This document shows positions 17,057-26,946 of a stretch of 64,000 nt of DNA, piece after piece; within the stretch, counting starts at the first letter, position 1; every line of letters starts with the position of its first letter. A program made the translations under genes and the position numbers. The stretch is from a virus (Duplodnaviria > Caudoviricetes): IMG/VR virus record IMGVR_UViG_3300026274_000001; one strand, 5' to 3'. Below the pieces are notes generated by a model. It was given only the letters and a program-made list of their open reading frames with translations, did not search any database and was not told the DNA's origin.

Positions 17057-17544
17057 TGAATGAATTGTATCTATACACCCCAAAACCATATTGGAGTTTT
17101 GAGGTTAATAATATTGAAGAGCGCCGTAATTGTAAGTATGTAGGTGACTTTGCAATCAAAGATCGTAATGGTAATTGGGGTGAAGTGCCTTGTGCTATTT
17201 TCTGGCAGGAGCAACCACCAGTAGCTGGCTATTCACATTATTTTGCTGTGTTTGCGAAAGCTGGTGATAAGAATGCGTATATCACCAGTGCTGCATCAAT
17301 TGAAGATATGGTGATGACGGGAATGGTTGCTGATAACGGTGAAGTAATTTATAGTCGTTATCGTCATGACTGCGTTTATAGTACTGATGGGACAGCAATG
17401 ATCGACGGTGGGCGAGATTACGTTCGTTCGCTGTTTCCGTGCAGACCAGTAAACGTTAAGCTGGTAGGTCCCAATCTAGTGATCGAGGAGGTGCCTCTTG
17501 ATGAACCAGGAACTGACGACCAAGTTATTCAACAAGTATCCTGA
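17056..17544 (+). CDS. conserved phage hypothetical protein
   Basis: GEVIYSRYRHD...MIDGGRDYVR motif. Confidence 0.75.
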   Translation: MNELYLYTPKPYWSFEVNNIEERRNCKYVGDFAIKDRNGNWGEVPCAIFWQEQPPVAGYSHYFAVFAKAGDKNAYITSAASIEDMVMTGMVADNGEVIYSRYRHDCVYSTDGTAMIDGGRDYVRSLFPCRPVNVKLVGPNLVIEEVPLDEPGTDDQVIQQVS

Positions 17545-18016
17545 ACTGTTTGCAAGACATACTGATCCCAAGTCAGATATGTCACATGGTATCTTTTGTG
17601 ATGACGGTTGGTATCAATTGATTGAAACCACGTGCAGAACGATTCAGAAATATATCAATACTGCTCATTTGTTTCAAAGCGGTCGGATCAATATGCCTGA
17701 GTCAGTAGCGCAAATTGAGTTTGACAGCGTAAAAGAGAAATTCGGGAAGTTGCGCTTTAGCGTGTGGGAATGTCCCGATCCATCAATTCTCAATATGATG
17801 CAATTGATCGAAACACTGTCCGGTCATGTATGCGAAGTGACTGGTAATGTCGGTGAGACCTATTTGATCGATGGTCGGCAAGTGAAGACTCTTTGCAAAG
17901 AAGAGGCGGAAAAGCGTGGTGCGGTGTTGATGGAACACAGTCCGTTCCATGATGACTACGGGCTGGAAGCGCTTCGCCTAATTGCAGCCAATCCAGCTGA
18001 CTATAAGAAAGATTAA
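17501..18016 (+). CDS. conserved phage hypothetical protein
   Basis: CDDGW..LI...C; VKEKFG.LRF; CEVTG. Confidence 0.75.
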   Translation: MNQELTTKLFNKYPELFARHTDPKSDMSHGIFCDDGWYQLIETTCRTIQKYINTAHLFQSGRINMPESVAQIEFDSVKEKFGKLRFSVWECPDPSILNMMQLIETLSGHVCEVTGNVGETYLIDGRQVKTLCKEEAEKRGAVLMEHSPFHDDYGLEALRLIAANPADYKKD

Positions 18017-18031
18017 GAAACCAAGTTTTAA

Positions 18032-18059
18032 AAAGGCACAAGTCAAGGCTTGTGCCTTT
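18032..18059 (+). terminator. intrinsic terminator overlapping the next -35 box
   Basis: AAAGGCACAAG-TCAAGG-CTTGTGCCTTT. Confidence 0.75.
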
Positions 18060-18106
18060 CGCCATTCGAGTGTATCATATGAATAAGCTAAAACACCGGA
18101 GAATAT

Positions 18107-19333
18107 ATGAGCACGTTTGCCGTAAAAGTTCGCAAAATCAAACTGATGCCCCACCCGAAGGCTGACCGCCTAGATATCGCAGTAGTCGATGACTACCAAT
18201 CGTGTGTTCGCAAGGGCGACTTTGCTGACGGCGATCTGGCGGTTTATATTCCAGAGGGCGCCGTTCTCCCCGACTACGTTCTCAAAGAAGTTGGTTTGTG
18301 GAACGAAGCAGAGAACAAGGGTATGGCTGCTGGCGAACTGGGCGACCGTATTCATGCTGTGCGACTCCGTGATGTGTTAAGTCAAGGTGTGCTGCTGAGC
18401 ATTCCAGGTTTCTGGCGTGTGGGTGACGCACTCGAAAAACAAGACAAACTCACTGCTGAACAGATAGTTGATTTCAACTTTTACCATCAAGCTGGTATGA
18501 AAGAAGGCGAAGACGTTCAGCATCTAATCAATGTGATCAAGTACCAGCCTGAACTGCCTCCCTTCATGGAAGGCGATATTATGGAATTGTTTGATCATAC
18601 ACGACACTTTGATTTGGAAGATGAAAAGCGTTTTCCCAATGCGCTCATCCCCGGCGAAGAAGTAGTTATGACGGAAAAGCTGCATGGTTTATTCTGCCAG
18701 ATTGGTGTTATTCCCAGTCTCAAAGATGAACGACTGCTTGATGGTCATATGTTCGCCACCAGCAAGGGCTTTGCTAATGACGGTATCGTGTTCGAAAATA
18801 CTGAACGCAATACCATCGTGAACGTGTACCACAAGACCCTTCTGCGTTTGCAAGATAAGTTCAAAGCGCTTGCGATGCGTGTGAGCAATATTGAAGTGCT
18901 CAAATTGATGCGTGATAGTGATACCATTGTTGAAGATCAGCAAGTGTTTATTCTTGGCGAAATCTTCGGCATGGGCTCTGGTCAGGATTTGCATTATGGT
19001 CTGACTGAAGTTGATTTCCGAGTATTCGACATTTACGTTGGTCCACCAACGCAAGGTCGATATCTTGATTACGATGAAGTTGTGGTGGGATGCAAAGACA
19101 TTCTTGAAACTGTTCCGCTGCTATACCGAGGCCCGTACGATAAAGCTACTATTCTCAAACACCGGGAAGGTAAAACTACGTTCGGTGCCGCTAATGTGCT
19201 GGAAGGTGGAGTAGTGAAGCCCACTACTGAACGGCGTGATCTAGAACTTGGTCGAGTAATTTTGAAGTTTATCAACCCAGACTATTTGACTCGTAAAGGT
19301 AAAAAGGGGCAGCAGGTAACTGAATTTACCTAA
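18107..19333 (+). CDS. RNA ligase (Rnl2/DRB0094-type)
   Basis: N-terminal HP.ADRL...GDLAVY.PEG..LP; motif I TEKLHG; GEIFG; F.VFDI; EGGVVK; LK.INPDYL. Confidence 0.9.
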   Translation: MSTFAVKVRKIKLMPHPKADRLDIAVVDDYQSCVRKGDFADGDLAVYIPEGAVLPDYVLKEVGLWNEAENKGMAAGELGDRIHAVRLRDVLSQGVLLSIPGFWRVGDALEKQDKLTAEQIVDFNFYHQAGMKEGEDVQHLINVIKYQPELPPFMEGDIMELFDHTRHFDLEDEKRFPNALIPGEEVVMTEKLHGLFCQIGVIPSLKDERLLDGHMFATSKGFANDGIVFENTERNTIVNVYHKTLLRLQDKFKALAMRVSNIEVLKLMRDSDTIVEDQQVFILGEIFGMGSGQDLHYGLTEVDFRVFDIYVGPPTQGRYLDYDEVVVGCKDILETVPLLYRGPYDKATILKHREGKTTFGAANVLEGGVVKPTTERRDLELGRVILKFINPDYLTRKGKKGQQVTEFT

Positions 19334-19398
19334 ACGCGTATAATCTGTAATTCTATACCGTAGATCATAAGGCAATTCCATTCTTTTTGGAGCATGCT

Positions 19399-19758
19399 AT
19401 GAACCACAGCCCGTATAAGATTACAGTTGTTACGAAGAAGGCGAAATCAAAGAAAGATGATTTGATGCATCACCTGGTTTATTCTGATCAACTTGAATCG
19501 TTAGCTACCACGGTTTATAGCACGCTGAAACAGTTTGAGATCTACGGTGGGAATGATGAAGAACTGTACGAGATCGGAAATATGCAGCCGGGTGCTCTTG
19601 CTGGCGAAGATTATGAAACACTAGAAGGTGATTGTAAGATTCGCAGTGAATGCTTTATTGATGACGTACACGTATTGTTGATTGATTTGATTTCAAAGGG
19701 TGAATTGCCCGCTGGTCAATATCATGTTCGAGTGAGGAAACCGCATCATGCAAGTTGA
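19399..19758 (+). CDS. hypothetical protein
   Basis: GGAG upstream; start approximate. Confidence 0.65.
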   Translation: MNHSPYKITVVTKKAKSKKDDLMHHLVYSDQLESLATTVYSTLKQFEIYGGNDEELYEIGNMQPGALAGEDYETLEGDCKIRSECFIDDVHVLLIDLISKGELPAGQYHVRVRKPHHAS

Positions 19759-20029
19759 CGACGATTCAGTTGACAGTTCCATTCTCACAGATCTGCGTAA
19801 AGCACAGCATCGAGAGTGGAAAGACGAAAACCTGGACGTGATACGATCGAGTCGTATTCCATATCGAAGCACTAACAACGGTGAGTCATTGTTGTTTCGA
19901 GAACCAGGTAAACCGAAAGTTGATTTCTTTCCATCAACTGGGCGGTGGCGTGTAGTTAGCGGTAATGCAAGGACTATGGGCGGGCATGCCATGAAGTTTC
20001 TTGAGTGGTATGCTGAGCAAACGGTGTGA
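19748..20029 (+). CDS. hypothetical protein
   Basis: 93 aa. Confidence 0.65.
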   Translation: MQVDDDSVDSSILTDLRKAQHREWKDENLDVIRSSRIPYRSTNNGESLLFREPGKPKVDFFPSTGRWRVVSGNARTMGGHAMKFLEWYAEQTV

Positions 20030-20310
20030 AGAAATTACTTAGTTATTCCATTCAACAGACTGATGATTGGATTTATGTCAATCTAATTGGGTACACGTTC
20101 AAAGACTTTTACTATTGCGAAGATCAATTAAATTGGCTCGCTGACTATTATGGTTCGCCAACTTACGAACAAGCAAATATGAAAGTGTTTGGTGGTAACT
20201 CGGCCTTCATCACACTAGTGGATGGAAAAACAAAAGAAGATGATCCCGTATATCGCTTTGGTTTCAAACAATCAGCTGATGCGGTGAATTTCTATTTGAC
20301 GTTCATGTAA
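20026..20310 (+). CDS. FKLxW-family protein (dispersed member)
   Basis: LNWLADYYG...FGFKQSADAVNFYLTF. Confidence 0.7.
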   Translation: MKKLLSYSIQQTDDWIYVNLIGYTFKDFYYCEDQLNWLADYYGSPTYEQANMKVFGGNSAFITLVDGKTKEDDPVYRFGFKQSADAVNFYLTFM

Positions 20311-20401
20311 CTGATTAAAAATAGTTGTTGCCAGTTCACACAACTGGCAATTAGGTGCTACAATTGCGTTGCCGTAAATACAAACCACAAAAGGCAATGA
20401 T

Positions 20402-20674
20402 ATGAGTATCCTAAAATATTGGCGTATTTTTGCAACAATTATTGTTATTGCTGCTGCTACGCTGGTAAGCAACATCGTAAGTGGCATTTCTGGCACGCTT
20501 TCTGGTGCTATCGCGGTAAATCAAATGAATGGTGGGAATGCAGGTTACATTGCTGCACGAGCGGCAAATGGCCCATCATTCGCAATCGAACTCTTAGTTA
20601 CGCTGATGGTAGTGTTGCTAATGATCGCAATCTGGGCCCCTGCTGTAAAGCGGTTGGTCAATAACTCAAAGTAA
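20402..20674 (+). CDS. two-TM membrane protein
   Basis: Two hydrophobic segments; lies upstream of the SPFH gene. Confidence 0.75.
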   Translation: MSILKYWRIFATIIVIAAATLVSNIVSGISGTLSGAIAVNQMNGGNAGYIAARAANGPSFAIELLVTLMVVLLMIAIWAPAVKRLVNNSK

Positions 20675-20691
20675 AGGTATCATCTAGCATC

Positions 20692-21687
20692 ATGAAAAAG
20701 CTTATCACGCTTTCGGTCGCACTCGCACTGCCATTCTTACTCGCTGCTTGTGGTCCCCCAAATCTTGAAGAAGTACATGAAATCAAGCCGAACGAAACTG
20801 CATTTTTGATTCAATTGGAAGGCAATGCTAACCAGCAGAAACTCCCAAGCGAAGAAATGTTGCAGAAGAATATGGTTGCAGCAAAGCGTATTTCCATTCC
20901 ACACCGAGAGTTGGTAACTGGTCGTGGTATGGGTTCCTACGAATGGATCCCAACAGCACGTTTGATCGTTGTTGATCGTTCGCCAATTACCCGTGAATGG
21001 ACATCTACTGATCGCAGCGCAACTAAGCGAGATCAGATGATTGGTGTTGAATCGTCCGAAAGTATTGGTTGGCATATGGGTGTTACTATCACGGCTTCCA
21101 TTCCAGAAGATATGGCAGCAAAGTTTTTGTATAACTTTGGTGGCAAAACTCTTCAAGATGTGGCTGATAACAACATTCGTAACTTTGTGCAGTCACAACT
21201 CAGTACTGAGTTTGGTGAGAATCCACTTGACTACGATACGAAGCACAAGAAAGAAGTGTTTGCCTCCGCGGAAGCTGCTACTAAGAAGTTCTTTGGTGAT
21301 CGCGGTGTAGAGATTGATAATCTTGGCTATACGGAAGGTATGGTATACGACAACAAGAATATACAAGATTCTATCGATGCAAACTTCCAGAAGGAAATGA
21401 GTATCACTGCTGCACAAAATGAAGCCAAAGCGCAAGATCAGCGCAATGGTATGAAAATTGCAATGGCAACGGCCGATCGACAAGCTGCTGAACAGTTTGC
21501 TCAAGCGCAAGCTGCTGGTGAAGCTAAGTTCGATATGGAAACTCGTCGTATGTATGCCCAAGCTGCTCTGAATATCTCAGAGAAATGGCAAGGTGGTGTA
21601 CCACAATCCATCACAACTATGGGTGGACCAGGTGGTGGAGTAAATCCGCTGGCTATGTTCAATGTTAACCCACAAGCCAGTAAGTAA
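20692..21687 (+). CDS. SPFH/band-7-like lipoprotein
   Basis: Lipobox LLAAC after a signal peptide; band-7-like core followed by an Ala/Gln coiled coil. Confidence 0.75.
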   Translation: MKKLITLSVALALPFLLAACGPPNLEEVHEIKPNETAFLIQLEGNANQQKLPSEEMLQKNMVAAKRISIPHRELVTGRGMGSYEWIPTARLIVVDRSPITREWTSTDRSATKRDQMIGVESSESIGWHMGVTITASIPEDMAAKFLYNFGGKTLQDVADNNIRNFVQSQLSTEFGENPLDYDTKHKKEVFASAEAATKKFFGDRGVEIDNLGYTEGMVYDNKNIQDSIDANFQKEMSITAAQNEAKAQDQRNGMKIAMATADRQAAEQFAQAQAAGEAKFDMETRRMYAQAALNISEKWQGGVPQSITTMGGPGGGVNPLAMFNVNPQASK

Positions 21688-21703
21688 TTTAGAGAAGTAA
21701 ATA

Positions 21704-22240
21704 ATGATGGCTGCTAATAGCAGCCATCATTCATTCATAAAAATGCTAATCCACTTCATTCCCTTTTTCGTAATCGCTGCTGTCTTTGCATCATACTGGG
21801 GCGGTGTAAAGTATCGTCAACATTTATCCCATGTAAGACATACTGATTGTCAACACATTTTACTTAACGAAATAAATCACGACACTACGGTCACCGTAGC
21901 TGCCAATAGTGGCATTGTCCTGATACTCGAAGATATTCCAAGCACTGGGTATCAATGGTTCATGGTCAATGCAGCCAGTTCTATTCTCACGTTGATGAAT
22001 GATGGGCAACACACTCCATTGGAAGGTTCTGATCCATTTGGTGGTGAATTATCTGTTGGTGGTGGTGGCACAATGCTGTGGCGCTTCTGGGCGAACAACA
22101 TTGGTGTCGAGACTCTTAAGCTACGTTACCGTCGGCCCTGGGAGTCTTTTGATCAAACACACACCGACTATAACGTGACTATTGCAGTGGTACCTGAAGC
22201 AAAAGTAGCCAATAAAACTTTCAAGTTGAAAATTTGCTAA
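21704..22240 (+). CDS. membrane-anchored chagasin / I42 cysteine-protease-inhibitor domain protein
   Basis: L...PSTGYQW, VGGGG...WRF, L.L.YRRPWE motifs; N-terminal TM. Confidence 0.8.
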   Translation: MMAANSSHHSFIKMLIHFIPFFVIAAVFASYWGGVKYRQHLSHVRHTDCQHILLNEINHDTTVTVAANSGIVLILEDIPSTGYQWFMVNAASSILTLMNDGQHTPLEGSDPFGGELSVGGGGTMLWRFWANNIGVETLKLRYRRPWESFDQTHTDYNVTIAVVPEAKVANKTFKLKIC

Positions 22241-22335
22241 CTGGCAATATATTGTGCTTGTATATGTTGCCATATTGTGTAGAATTGGTTTGTGGCAAGT
22301 AACACATAAACCAACTACTCCGAAACTCAGGCACC

Positions 22336-23001
22336 ATGCAAGCACTCCAAGCAATTAACTTTTCGCAAGAAGTTTTCAAAACCATCGTTCAGTACGGCCC
22401 TATCAATTATGCGGCAATCGCAAGCCAACTCGAATCGACCTCTTCAGTAGTAAGTAAAACCGTGTATGAGCTGGTTAAACGCGGGTACGTTGCACGCACT
22501 GAAGACACCTTCGGTAACATCACGTTTACCGCGCTTGTTGAAGAACAAGATGTGACGTTCTACGTCAAACGTAAGCCAGCTGCTACGTTGTTTGCTGGTC
22601 GTGCGCTTAAAGCAAAGCAGACTACCAATGCAGTGGCAACAGTAGCCAAGGCGCAAATCACGCCAGAGAAGAAAGTCACACAACTTGAAGAAATTTTCAA
22701 CTATATCGCAGACTTTGCCAAGCCCAGTCTGAACCCCACCGAAGTGCATGATGCATTTCCGGAATTTACATACAGTATGGTTTCCAGTGCTATGTGGAAG
22801 CTAGTCAATAAGCACAAGTATCTGATCAACAATGACGGTCAATACTCGCTGGCTATCAAGAAAGCAGATGCGGTGTTTAGTAACGGCGGTCGGCCTGTAG
22901 GTTCATACAAGAATGTGATTAATGTGAACGGTCAGGAAATCAAGATCAAAGCCACGGAAGCTATTCGTCTGTTCAAGCAACTGAACAAGCATTACGGTTA
23001 A
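22336..23001 (+). CDS. protein with two winged-helix-like segments
   Basis: GPINYAAIASQL....SVVSKTVYELVKRGYV and a second VSSAMWKLVNK segment. Confidence 0.6.
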   Translation: MQALQAINFSQEVFKTIVQYGPINYAAIASQLESTSSVVSKTVYELVKRGYVARTEDTFGNITFTALVEEQDVTFYVKRKPAATLFAGRALKAKQTTNAVATVAKAQITPEKKVTQLEEIFNYIADFAKPSLNPTEVHDAFPEFTYSMVSSAMWKLVNKHKYLINNDGQYSLAIKKADAVFSNGGRPVGSYKNVINVNGQEIKIKATEAIRLFKQLNKHYG

Positions 23002-23060
23002 TACTTGAACGTTATTTCTGGCGCTATACTGACAGGCAGACAAACCTCTCGGAGCGCCAG

Positions 23061-23291
23061 ATGTATACCATGGATGAAAGCACTTGGGTACGATGTGATC
23101 GAGTTCCCAATGAAGCTGGTTGGTATGAAGTGACTAGATTTTGCGAAGACGGAACTCGGTATAAAGTACAATGCAAGAAGCTTTATTGGTGTGTATCCGG
23201 TTGGTTTTATGATGAAGATTGTTGTGTACCTGCCGCAATGAATTCAGAAAACCAAGATTCCTGGCTGAGCAAAAATCGTCCATTCATGTGA
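23061..23291 (+). CDS. hypothetical protein
   Basis: GGAG SD; W/C-rich. Confidence 0.6.
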   Translation: MYTMDESTWVRCDRVPNEAGWYEVTRFCEDGTRYKVQCKKLYWCVSGWFYDEDCCVPAAMNSENQDSWLSKNRPFM

Positions 23292-23473
23292 CTTCGCTAC
23301 CTGAAATAAACGCAATACTCACCCTAGTTGCATTCTCATTTGGAATGGGGATGCTGTTTGCCTCATGGTTAGTGTGGCGTTCATCTAGGTATGTCCCACA
23401 CTTCGCATTCAATGCAGGGTTGCTGTTCGTCATCTATGCAGTAATTTCAATAATAGCATTTATTGCATCCTGA
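23288..23473 (+). CDS. two-TM membrane protein
   Basis: GTGA overlap; hydrophobic. Confidence 0.6.
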   Translation: MTSLPEINAILTLVAFSFGMGMLFASWLVWRSSRYVPHFAFNAGLLFVIYAVISIIAFIAS

Positions 23474-23505
23474 TTTACCCGCTTCACCAGTCAAAAATAA
23501 TAATA

Positions 23506-24075
23506 ATGAAAACGGCTGAACTACGATACTCCAACGTCTACGATTCACTTGAATATAGAGCCATCAAGAATTTCTATGGCAAGCGAACTGCTGAACGTAG
23601 CCAAGTGCCCTTGATTCATCATATACTTGAAGGGTGTAGCATTATGCTTGCTATTGGTGCAGACAGTGATGCGTGTAATGCATATATGCTACACCCCCTG
23701 TTTCAAGCTGATGCAGAACTCCATACAGTCGGTTACGACTATGCACGATATGCCACGAACGCAGTACCAGTCGCACTAGCGTTTGAGTATCGCATTTACG
23801 CAAATGCTTGGTTGTCAGATAAGGTGATCCGTCAAGGAGCCAGTCTGATGCAAATTGGAAAACCAACACCAGGTCCCAATCCGTTGATCAAGCAAATGTT
23901 GATTGCTGATAAGGTTCAAAACAAGAAAGACTTTGATTTGTATCACAAAGGCAAGCATGCACGTTCGGATGAATTGGAATGGTACTTCAATGAATGGTTG
24001 AATGTTCTAGATATCGACCAACAAAAATACAACGAATTGGTTGCCATTGCATCTGCGGTTACACCAGTTCTATAA
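23506..24075 (+). CDS. conserved phage protein, HD-like metal-binding fold (tentative)
   Basis: RSQVPLIHHI.EG, LHP..Q.D, LIADKVQN. Confidence 0.6.
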   Translation: MKTAELRYSNVYDSLEYRAIKNFYGKRTAERSQVPLIHHILEGCSIMLAIGADSDACNAYMLHPLFQADAELHTVGYDYARYATNAVPVALAFEYRIYANAWLSDKVIRQGASLMQIGKPTPGPNPLIKQMLIADKVQNKKDFDLYHKGKHARSDELEWYFNEWLNVLDIDQQKYNELVAIASAVTPVL

Positions 24076-24108
24076 AGTAAATTACAATAAGTCACTGGCA
24101 ACTAATTC

Positions 24109-24786
24109 ATGCACACGATAACAAGCGGAAACGAAGGCATCATCAGGTCTTTTAACACAGCGATCTCAGAGTTGAGAGAGGTTTTAGAAGAGTCAGGAGA
24201 ATTCATGCTTGCCAAATCAGTTGAAACTATTAATCTTACAATTGCTAATCTACAGAGAACAGTAACCAATTTAACTGGTGATGGATATATAGCTAATGAT
24301 CGCATCGAAGATGTGTTGGATGCCTATGGCATGGCCGAAATGACCTTGGATGACATTAAGAATATGGCTGCTCGATATTCTTACTCCTTTCCTGATGGTC
24401 AAATTAGGGCAATCCTGCATATCATTGGGCATTCCAGCACCATAGTCACAGTGCCACAAGGATGGATGGTGGTACCGGTTAGACTTAATCATGCAATGCG
24501 TACCGCAGCAGTAGAAGCAAGTGATGCAGATGACGGTATGGGTGACTTCTTCGATAGCGTCTACGAAGCAATGCTCGCAGCGAGTCCTAATCTGGGACAG
24601 CTGGTTGACAAACGATCAGCAGGCAAGATGGCTTTATTGGTAGGTGCCGAACCAGTGTATGATCTTACCGGAAACGGTCCCCAATCCAGTAACTCACGAT
24701 TTCTCCCAATCGAATCAGTTACTTTTACCGCTAAGCAACTGGATTTCTTTGTTGATGCGGTGGTCGGGTTAGATCGTGTGAGTTGA
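24109..24786 (+). CDS. hypothetical protein
   Basis: 225 aa. Confidence 0.7.
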   Translation: MHTITSGNEGIIRSFNTAISELREVLEESGEFMLAKSVETINLTIANLQRTVTNLTGDGYIANDRIEDVLDAYGMAEMTLDDIKNMAARYSYSFPDGQIRAILHIIGHSSTIVTVPQGWMVVPVRLNHAMRTAAVEASDADDGMGDFFDSVYEAMLAASPNLGQLVDKRSAGKMALLVGAEPVYDLTGNGPQSSNSRFLPIESVTFTAKQLDFFVDAVVGLDRVS

Positions 24787-24977
24787 TGTTCAGAATACGA
24801 TTATGGATACGTTGGTGGCAATGTGATCGAGCAATGGCAAAGTTGCTCCGAGATTATCCGTATGACAATGCAGAGACAGGTCTTGTTGAACTATATTACG
24901 TGCTTCACCGAAAAATGAATTTGATCGACGAATTGCTTGGTCGAGTGACAATAACAAAATACAAATACTGGGACTAA
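24783..24977 (+). CDS. hypothetical protein
   Basis: 64 aa, overlapping junctions. Confidence 0.55.
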   Translation: MMFRIRLWIRWWQCDRAMAKLLRDYPYDNAETGLVELYYVLHRKMNLIDELLGRVTITKYKYWD

Positions 24978-24981
24978 TGCA

Positions 24982-25407
24982 ATGTTCGATAACAAACTGT
25001 TCAGCGTCAATGGGCGCGGTGTTGGTACCTTGGCAAAAGCCCTCGAACTTTCATTGTATCAGGAATTCGGTGATGACAAAAGCTACGGTGGTGGAAATCA
25101 CACATTTACGGGCTTTAAGTTTAGCCCAACGGCAGGTCTTATACTTACGACTACGTTTCACCCAGATCCATCCAAGTATAGTACCTTCAACACACCATTG
25201 AATTGTCAAGATACTGCAGAATTCATTCATCACTGGCTACATGGTGCAGATGCGAAATCAGTACCTTTGGGAAGTTGGGAAGATGATTGCGATCACGATG
25301 GTCATAACACAATCGGCTGGCGAGTTTATGTGGGCGATTGGGGACAAATTGATGACTGGCATGGATTCATTGCGGTCAAACGCGTCTACCTCTGGCATGG
25401 AAAATGA
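24982..25407 (+). CDS. hypothetical protein
   Basis: 141 aa; DG...GWRVY...WG motif. Confidence 0.7.
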   Translation: MFDNKLFSVNGRGVGTLAKALELSLYQEFGDDKSYGGGNHTFTGFKFSPTAGLILTTTFHPDPSKYSTFNTPLNCQDTAEFIHHWLHGADAKSVPLGSWEDDCDHDGHNTIGWRVYVGDWGQIDDWHGFIAVKRVYLWHGK

Positions 25408-25775
25408 ATATACCCTTTTACCTTATTGCAATTATTACATTCGCGGTGTTTTTCACATTAATGATGACACCAGTGATGTTCACCTCATGGGTCTGCAAGT
25501 ACCACGAACGATTTAAGCTTGCAAAATTATGCTTTGATTGGTACTTTACCTATGAGCATCTGATTACCACCAAGACCGCAAGGATCATTGGTGCCGTTGG
25601 TATTGCTTTTGGTATATTGACTATGTTTGGAGCTAAAATTCAACAGTATTGTGGTGATACCACAGCAGTAATATTTGCTAGCTTGGGACTAGCTCTCATG
25701 ACTATCTTTGCTGCAACCACTGCACTTGTCATGGCTCAAGCTGAATTAATAACCAAGCGTCGCCAAGGCTCTTGA
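25404..25775 (+). CDS. membrane protein
   Basis: Three hydrophobic segments, ATGA overlap. Confidence 0.7.
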   Translation: MNIPFYLIAIITFAVFFTLMMTPVMFTSWVCKYHERFKLAKLCFDWYFTYEHLITTKTARIIGAVGIAFGILTMFGAKIQQYCGDTTAVIFASLGLALMTIFAATTALVMAQAELITKRRQGS

Positions 25776-25976
25776 TATTCAAATATAACTGCTAGTACTA
25801 AGTTAGGCTACCATCCTGCCAGAACGTCTAGTAGCCAGCGGTAACAATAAAAGGAGAGCGTAATAGTTCTCCTTTCTACCAACCACCGTATGATAAATTC
25901 CTGGTAAGGTACTAACTCTATTCGTCTTCTTATAGATACAGTACAACTAACCACCTCATATCATCACGGAACAATT

Positions 25977-26453
25977 ATGTTCAAGAAGATCCTCCGCAAA
26001 CTTACTAATCAACACGACGATAGAGTCGTAGATTACCTGACTTTACTGGTTAACAATAAACTAGCAGGACACAACCACTTCTGCTTCGCCAATAACTGTA
26101 AAGTCTGCAAGAAATCAAATAAACTCGAATGGCCACTAAACCAACAAGCAACCCTGGAACTGGCAGCACAAACATTCGGCGGCATGGACCTGTACGAAAC
26201 TGAACTCAACTTCAATAAGGACGAACCCAATACCATCACCACATTCAGATTGGTCGCCTTCGCAAATCTACTAGCCGTACACCTACATGACACCATCCCG
26301 TCAGAAGAAATAGTACGTAAATCATATTCCAATCCACCAAATAACAACATAACGGATTTCCCCGAATACCAAGAAATGCTACAAAAAATCAAGAACTTAG
26401 AGGACGAAAACAAAGGCCTCCAGGTACTAATGGCATTGAATAAATCTAAATAG
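25977..26453 (+). CDS. hypothetical protein
   Basis: 158 aa. Confidence 0.65.
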   Translation: MFKKILRKLTNQHDDRVVDYLTLLVNNKLAGHNHFCFANNCKVCKKSNKLEWPLNQQATLELAAQTFGGMDLYETELNFNKDEPNTITTFRLVAFANLLAVHLHDTIPSEEIVRKSYSNPPNNNITDFPEYQEMLQKIKNLEDENKGLQVLMALNKSK

Positions 26454-26510
26454 AAACCACACTTGGCAACAAGAAGACGTTATAGTCGAGCCTATCAAGG
26501 ATGTTCCATT

Positions 26511-26623
26511 GGTGGCTATTCCCCTAAGAACCAATTCCTCACGAAGTATTCAATGAGGTTATTAACTCTGGAAATAGCACCGTGGACTCTGGCTGAGAGT
26601 GACGAAACCCAGAGAGAACTCTC
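26511..26623 (+). ncRNA. candidate structured intergenic element (second copy at 63499-63566)
   Basis: Nested stems GGTGGCTATTCC/GGAAATAGCACC and CCTCA/TGAGG; TGACGAAACCCAGAGAGAACT shared 20/21 with 63543-63563. Confidence 0.4.
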
Positions 26624-26652
26624 GATACTCAATTAACAGGAAAAGAAACAGG

Positions 26653-26946
26653 ATGAACAATATGATGAACCCAAAACGCTTTGACCCCGAAGTAACTGAC
26701 GACGCTTTTGCCGCAATGGTCGAAGTCGATGCGGGCGAGTTTGTAAAGTACGAGACGTATGTTGAATTGGTTGCTCATGCTATCGATGGTGCCGCTAATA
26801 AGGAATTCCTGGAAAAGCAAGTACCCGAGCTTAAGAAAGCCCTGGTGCAGATTCTGATGTTGGCCGCTACCGGAGAACTTGCTGGTGATGGCAAGACTGC
26901 GTTTGCTGATATCGCTCACTTGGCCAGTAAGGCATTGTCAAAGTGA
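26653..26946 (+). CDS. hypothetical protein
   Basis: ATG after AGGA; start adjusted from the ORF track. Confidence 0.65.
   Translation: MNNMMNPKRFDPEVTDDAFAAMVEVDAGEFVKYETYVELVAHAIDGAANKEFLEKQVPELKKALVQILMLAATGELAGDGKTAFADIAHLASKALSK

Noticed and set aside
26585-26615. Hammerhead ribozyme (CTGAGAG...CGAAAC)
   Set aside because: The core lacks the CUGA-N-GA spacing, and no stem I/stem III arrangement around an NUH site could be built. Kept only as an unassigned structured element.
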